Shown here one piece after another: positions 62,830 through 64,000 of a stretch of DNA of 64,000 bases. Location: NCBI GenBank assembly GCA_030390025.1, contig CM059432.1, forward strand, positions 43,526,001 to 43,590,000, in the 5' to 3' direction. Made by a program: the position numbers and the translations under genes. The DNA comes from Squalus acanthias (lineage: Eukaryota). How positions within the stretch are numbered: position 1 is the stretch's first letter; the number at the start of each line of letters is the position of its first letter. Under the pieces are notes generated by a model, which saw only the letters and a program-made list of their open reading frames with translations, made no database searches and was not told the DNA's origin.

Positions 62830-64000
62830 CTATTTTTTGCCCTTCGAGGGTGATCTCCTTCCCTTGCGCACTTCCCCCCTTCCTACCCTACTGCTCCTCT
62901 GTAATGGGGCCCCAGTGGCTGCAGCAAGGCTGGAAGAAGGCTGCTGATTGTCAGAACCTGAGACTACAGATGCCCTTGAAGGATGGCCTCGACCAGCTCT
63001 GGGCCCGGCTGCTGACTGCACCAACTCTGCATGGGCGGCAGCAGTCTGGGCTACAGGTGGTGGCAAGTGCAATGGGGAAGTGACAGTGGTGGCAGCAGGA
63101 ATGCTGTCATCTTGAAAGAGGACAGCAACTCCCTGCTCGACCGACACACTGGCACTCCCACGGGGCAGCACCTCAGCATCCGGAGCAATCTGCTGGAGCA
63201 CAGATTGCTGGCCTGCTGCGGCGCGGTGAGAGCCCCGGGGAAATGTGTCCGAACCAGCGACAATGGCAGCAGTCAGTGCTTGCGTGGCCTCAATCTGAGT
63301 CTGCATGAGACCAGTCTGAGATTGGATCACGGCAGCCAGTGACTGAATTGCAGCACTAAGCATTTGCGTGGCATCTGCCTGTGCTACAGTGTAGTGCTCC
63401 ACACTCCTTGCCAGTGCATCAATGCAATCAGGCACCCTTCCCACTGCACCCATGAGCTGAGTGTGCATGTCCACCGCCTGGGTGTTCATTTCAGCGATGA
63501 GCCACTCCTCCTCTGCGTCCAGTGCAACAGAACTTGCTGGCCTACTCTCCCTCTGGGGAGAAGGCCCCAGAGCTTCCCTAGCCACATTGCGTTGCTGCAG
63601 CCCACTGGGTCCCGGAGCTTCACCCTCATCAGACCCTTCCCCCCTGCTCCCCTCCAGGGAAGACGTGGTCCCAGTCTGGGCATGGGCTTCCTCGGGAGAG
63701 GATGGCACTGATGCTCCGACTTCCTCTTCCTCCTCGCCTGCGGCTTCGCTCCCACTGGCAGCTTGAGGGCCCGTCTCCTCAGCTGGTGAATCACCATCTG
63801 AAAGCAGGGAGGTACAAGAGTGGCTTTAGCGTAAGGACAGGGGGACAGTAAGGGAGGAACGAGTGAAGCGATTTAGTAAGTTGAATTGAAAGTGTCAAAG
63901 GCTGGTGTCGTGAGGGACAAGTGGAATGAGAGAGGAGAGAAAGCTGATGACCTTACCATTGCTGTCCTGAACGGGGTCGACCTCTCCAGGGGCGACGGGA
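62830..64000 (-). CDS. Myb/SANT-like partner gene of Harbinger B: end of exon 2 (64000-63957) and open exon 3 (63797-62830)
   Basis: G|GTAAGG donor at 63956 and ctttcag acceptor at 63798 are phase-compatible; exon 3 is stop-free, with the same acidic / coiled-coil / basic layout as in elements A and C. Confidence 0.75.

Larger units (their letters stand above)
60091..64000 (+). mobile_element. PIF/Harbinger transposon B (continues beyond window)
   Basis: TIR-like ggggcaaaaatt after TAA, palindromic subterminus, transposase plus convergent Myb-like gene. Confidence 0.85.

Overview
Eukaryotic vertebrate genomic DNA, intronic or intergenic and dominated by transposable elements. The repeat set points to a cartilaginous fish (inference): CR1 LINEs, Deu-domain tRNA-SINEs of the SacSINE1 type, Penelope elements, RTE and many Harbingers. 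No host protein-coding gene could be confirmed; only weak candidate exons are visible. Main content: (i) several PIF/Harbinger DNA transposons, each with a DDE transposase convergent with a spliced Myb/SANT-like partner gene, plus a three-copy internally deleted derivative and many MITEs with GG(G)C...-type TIRs and 3-bp TSDs; (ii) many CR1 LINE copies, including one with an uninterrupted 5'-truncated ORF2, one with a 46-bp tandem-repeat 5' end but no room for ORF1, and one probable 5'-inverted copy; (iii) Penelope-like element fragments whose terminal repeat carries a minimal hammerhead-ribozyme motif (4 copies, one split at its cleavage triplet by a Harbinger insertion); (iv) a solo LTR, a Gypsy pol relic, and RTE, L2 and SINE fragments. 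Nesting reaches four levels. All family assignments come from motif recognition by eye; no database search was run.
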